From NCBI GenBank assembly GCA_963761305.1, contig CAVXGK010000002.1:1344001-1408000 (forward strand): a DNA stretch of 64,000 nt, read 5' to 3'. Made by a program: the position numbers and the translations under genes. Below the pieces are notes generated by a model that worked only from the letters and a program-made list of their open reading frames with translations, was not told the origin of the DNA and ran no database searches. Below, one piece after another: positions 62,331-64,000 of this stretch. The stretch comes from an uncultured Gemmatimonadaceae bacterium (GTDB taxonomy: Bacteria > Gemmatimonadota > Gemmatimonadetes > Gemmatimonadales > Gemmatimonadaceae). Position 1 is the first letter of the stretch. Every line of letters begins with the position of its first letter.

Positions 62331-64000
62331 ATGTCGGCGATTCTTCCGTTGTTCATCGCCGCTGCGCGCGAGCGTAACCCGCAGTCCAACGAGCATCCTG
62401 TGCCCTCGACCGAGCGACGGCTCGTCTATATCATCGACGCGCCAGCGACGTGGCAAAGCGTGGGCATCGTTGCGGAGATCGCCACCGAGCACCGAAGGCT
62501 CGACGGATCGTGGGACCTCCCGACGTCGCTGCCGGCGTCGGCGTTCGAGCTGCGCGGCGCCGCGATCGACGCGACGCTCCGGCACGCCTGCGACGCCGAG
62601 CGCTGTCGCCTTCGAACCGCGGCCGACGAACGGCCGACGAAGTCCCTGCGCTGGGACGATGGGCCGCCGTGGCAGCTCCGGGTCCATGTGGCGCGCGAAG
62701 AGCCCGAGCACTACGTCATCACTGCCGGACTCCATCGCGGCGGTGTCGAAATGCCAATCACCGAGCCGGCACTCGTGCACTGGGAAGGATGGGTGATCGC
62801 GCGCGGCACGATCGCGCGCTTCGATTTCAACGGCGCGTTCGCGATCGCGGCACTCTTTCGCAACGCGGGCCACATCGCCGCAAGCCGCGAGGAGCTCTCG
62901 GATTTCCTCACCAGCTTCAACGCGCTCCCGCGTGTTCCGCCGATCGACCTTCCCCACGGCGTTCCAGTCACGGAGGTCCACGCTGCTCCCATACCGACGC
63001 TGAAAGTCCTACCGCCCGTACCTTCGGCCCGAAGAGTTCGTCGCTTGGCCACGGGCTTTCGGTACGGGCCGTTGGAAATCACTGGCGCCGAGCGAACGCC
63101 GACGGTGTACGACGCCGACACACGTACCGTGCACTATCGCGACTTCGCTGCCGAAGCCGCCGCGCGCGCGCGACTCGCGTCGCACCATGTCAAGCAGGAG
63201 TGGGGGGAGGGCGCCGACCTGGGCGAACACAGCCTGGTGATCCCCGCCCACAAACTGGGCACGCTCGTCGCCGATGTCGTGCGTGCCGGGTGGCTAGTCG
63301 ACGCAGGCGGCGCGGAGTATCGCAGTCCCGGACCGACACGGGCAATCGTGCGGTCGGGCATCGACTGGTTCGAGCTCGACGCCGGCGTGCAATTCGGGGA
63401 GGTTGAGGTCTCGCTCTCCGAGCTGCTCGAGGCGCGACGCGCAGGTGCGACGAGCATCCTCCTCCCCGACGGCGCCTTTGGTCTTCTCCCATTGGAATGG
63501 CTAGCCCGATTGGGGCCGCTCACCGCCGGCGGGAGGTCGGTCGGCGGAGTCATCCGCTACCGACCGTCGCAAGTCGCGTTGCTCGATGCGCTGCTGGGGG
63601 CCGTGCCCGAAGCGAGCGTCGACGCGACCTTCGAGAAGGCGCGCGCCGAGCTCCGTACCTTCGAGCAGGTGAGTGCCGTCGACGCCGGGCCGGACTTCGG
63701 CGGCACGCTGCGCGCCTATCAGCGCGAGGGCCTCGGCTGGTTGGACTTTCTCCACCGATTCGGCCTTGGTGGATGTCTCGCCGACGACATGGGCCTCGGG
63801 AAGACAGTGCAGGTCCTCGCGCTGCTCGATGCGGTGCGCGACTCGCCGGACGCGCCGCGGCGTCCGTCGATCGTCGTCGTTCCACGATCGCTCGTCTTCA
63901 ACTGGATCCGCGAGGCGGAGCGTTTCGCGCCACGACTCCGAGTGCTCGACTTCACGGGCAGCGCGCGCCGCCTCAGCGCGATCGATGCCGAGACGGTCGA
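62331..64000 (+). CDS. SNF2-family helicase/ATPase, 3' end outside the window (absent from the ORF track)
   Basis: Manual translation gives SGIDWFEL, GTLRAYQREGLGWL, GGCLADDMGLGKTVQ, VVPRSLVFNW..EA.RFAP; in-frame ATG at 62331. Confidence 0.87.
   Translation, partial: MSAILPLFIAAARERNPQSNEHPVPSTERRLVYIIDAPATWQSVGIVAEIATEHRRLDGSWDLPTSLPASAFELRGAAIDATLRHACDAERCRLRTAADERPTKSLRWDDGPPWQLRVHVAREEPEHYVITAGLHRGGVEMPITEPALVHWEGWVIARGTIARFDFNGAFAIAALFRNAGHIAASREELSDFLTSFNALPRVPPIDLPHGVPVTEVHAAPIPTLKVLPPVPSARRVRRLATGFRYGPLEITGAERTPTVYDADTRTVHYRDFAAEAAARARLASHHVKQEWGEGADLGEHSLVIPAHKLGTLVADVVRAGWLVDAGGAEYRSPGPTRAIVRSGIDWFELDAGVQFGEVEVSLSELLEARRAGATSILLPDGAFGLLPLEWLARLGPLTAGGRSVGGVIRYRPSQVALLDALLGAVPEASVDATFEKARAELRTFEQVSAVDAGPDFGGTLRAYQREGLGWLDFLHRFGLGGCLADDMGLGKTVQVLALLDAVRDSPDAPRRPSIVVVPRSLVFNWIREAERFAPRLRVLDFTGSARRLSAIDAETV

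Overview
GC-rich bacterial chromosomal window of about 55 genes. A Gemmatimonadota/Acidobacteria-like soil organism is inferred from the PadR plus ADOP permease pair and the small-protein content. I saw no rRNA, tRNA, CRISPR array or transposase. Recognisable genes include a subclass B3 metallo-beta-lactamase, aspA-ansB-porin, a receiver/KaiC-like ATPase/GAF kinase operon, a giant cyclic beta-1,2-glucan synthase, a two-component system beside two Tat-type Rieske proteins, and a partial SNF2 helicase. Two loci stand out. (1) 49520-59423 is a translationally coupled operon of a membrane cPLA2/patatin-like phospholipase, a Ser/Thr kinase-STAND ATPase-TPR protein and a catalase-related domain fused across a membrane helix to a RoxA-like di-heme cytochrome c. 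This reads as a candidate bacterial lipid-oxidation (oxylipin-like) signalling or defence system. (2) 36773-39262 is a truncated ECF-sigma-like gene and an unknown helical protein transcribed divergently from mirror-image promoter-like elements, separated by three different 21-bp tandem arrays. A second 21-bp-period array lies at 61837-62172, and two inverted MbcA/ParS antitoxin-domain copies bracket a GlxA-hydrolase cassette. All calls come from motif recognition by eye; no searches were run.
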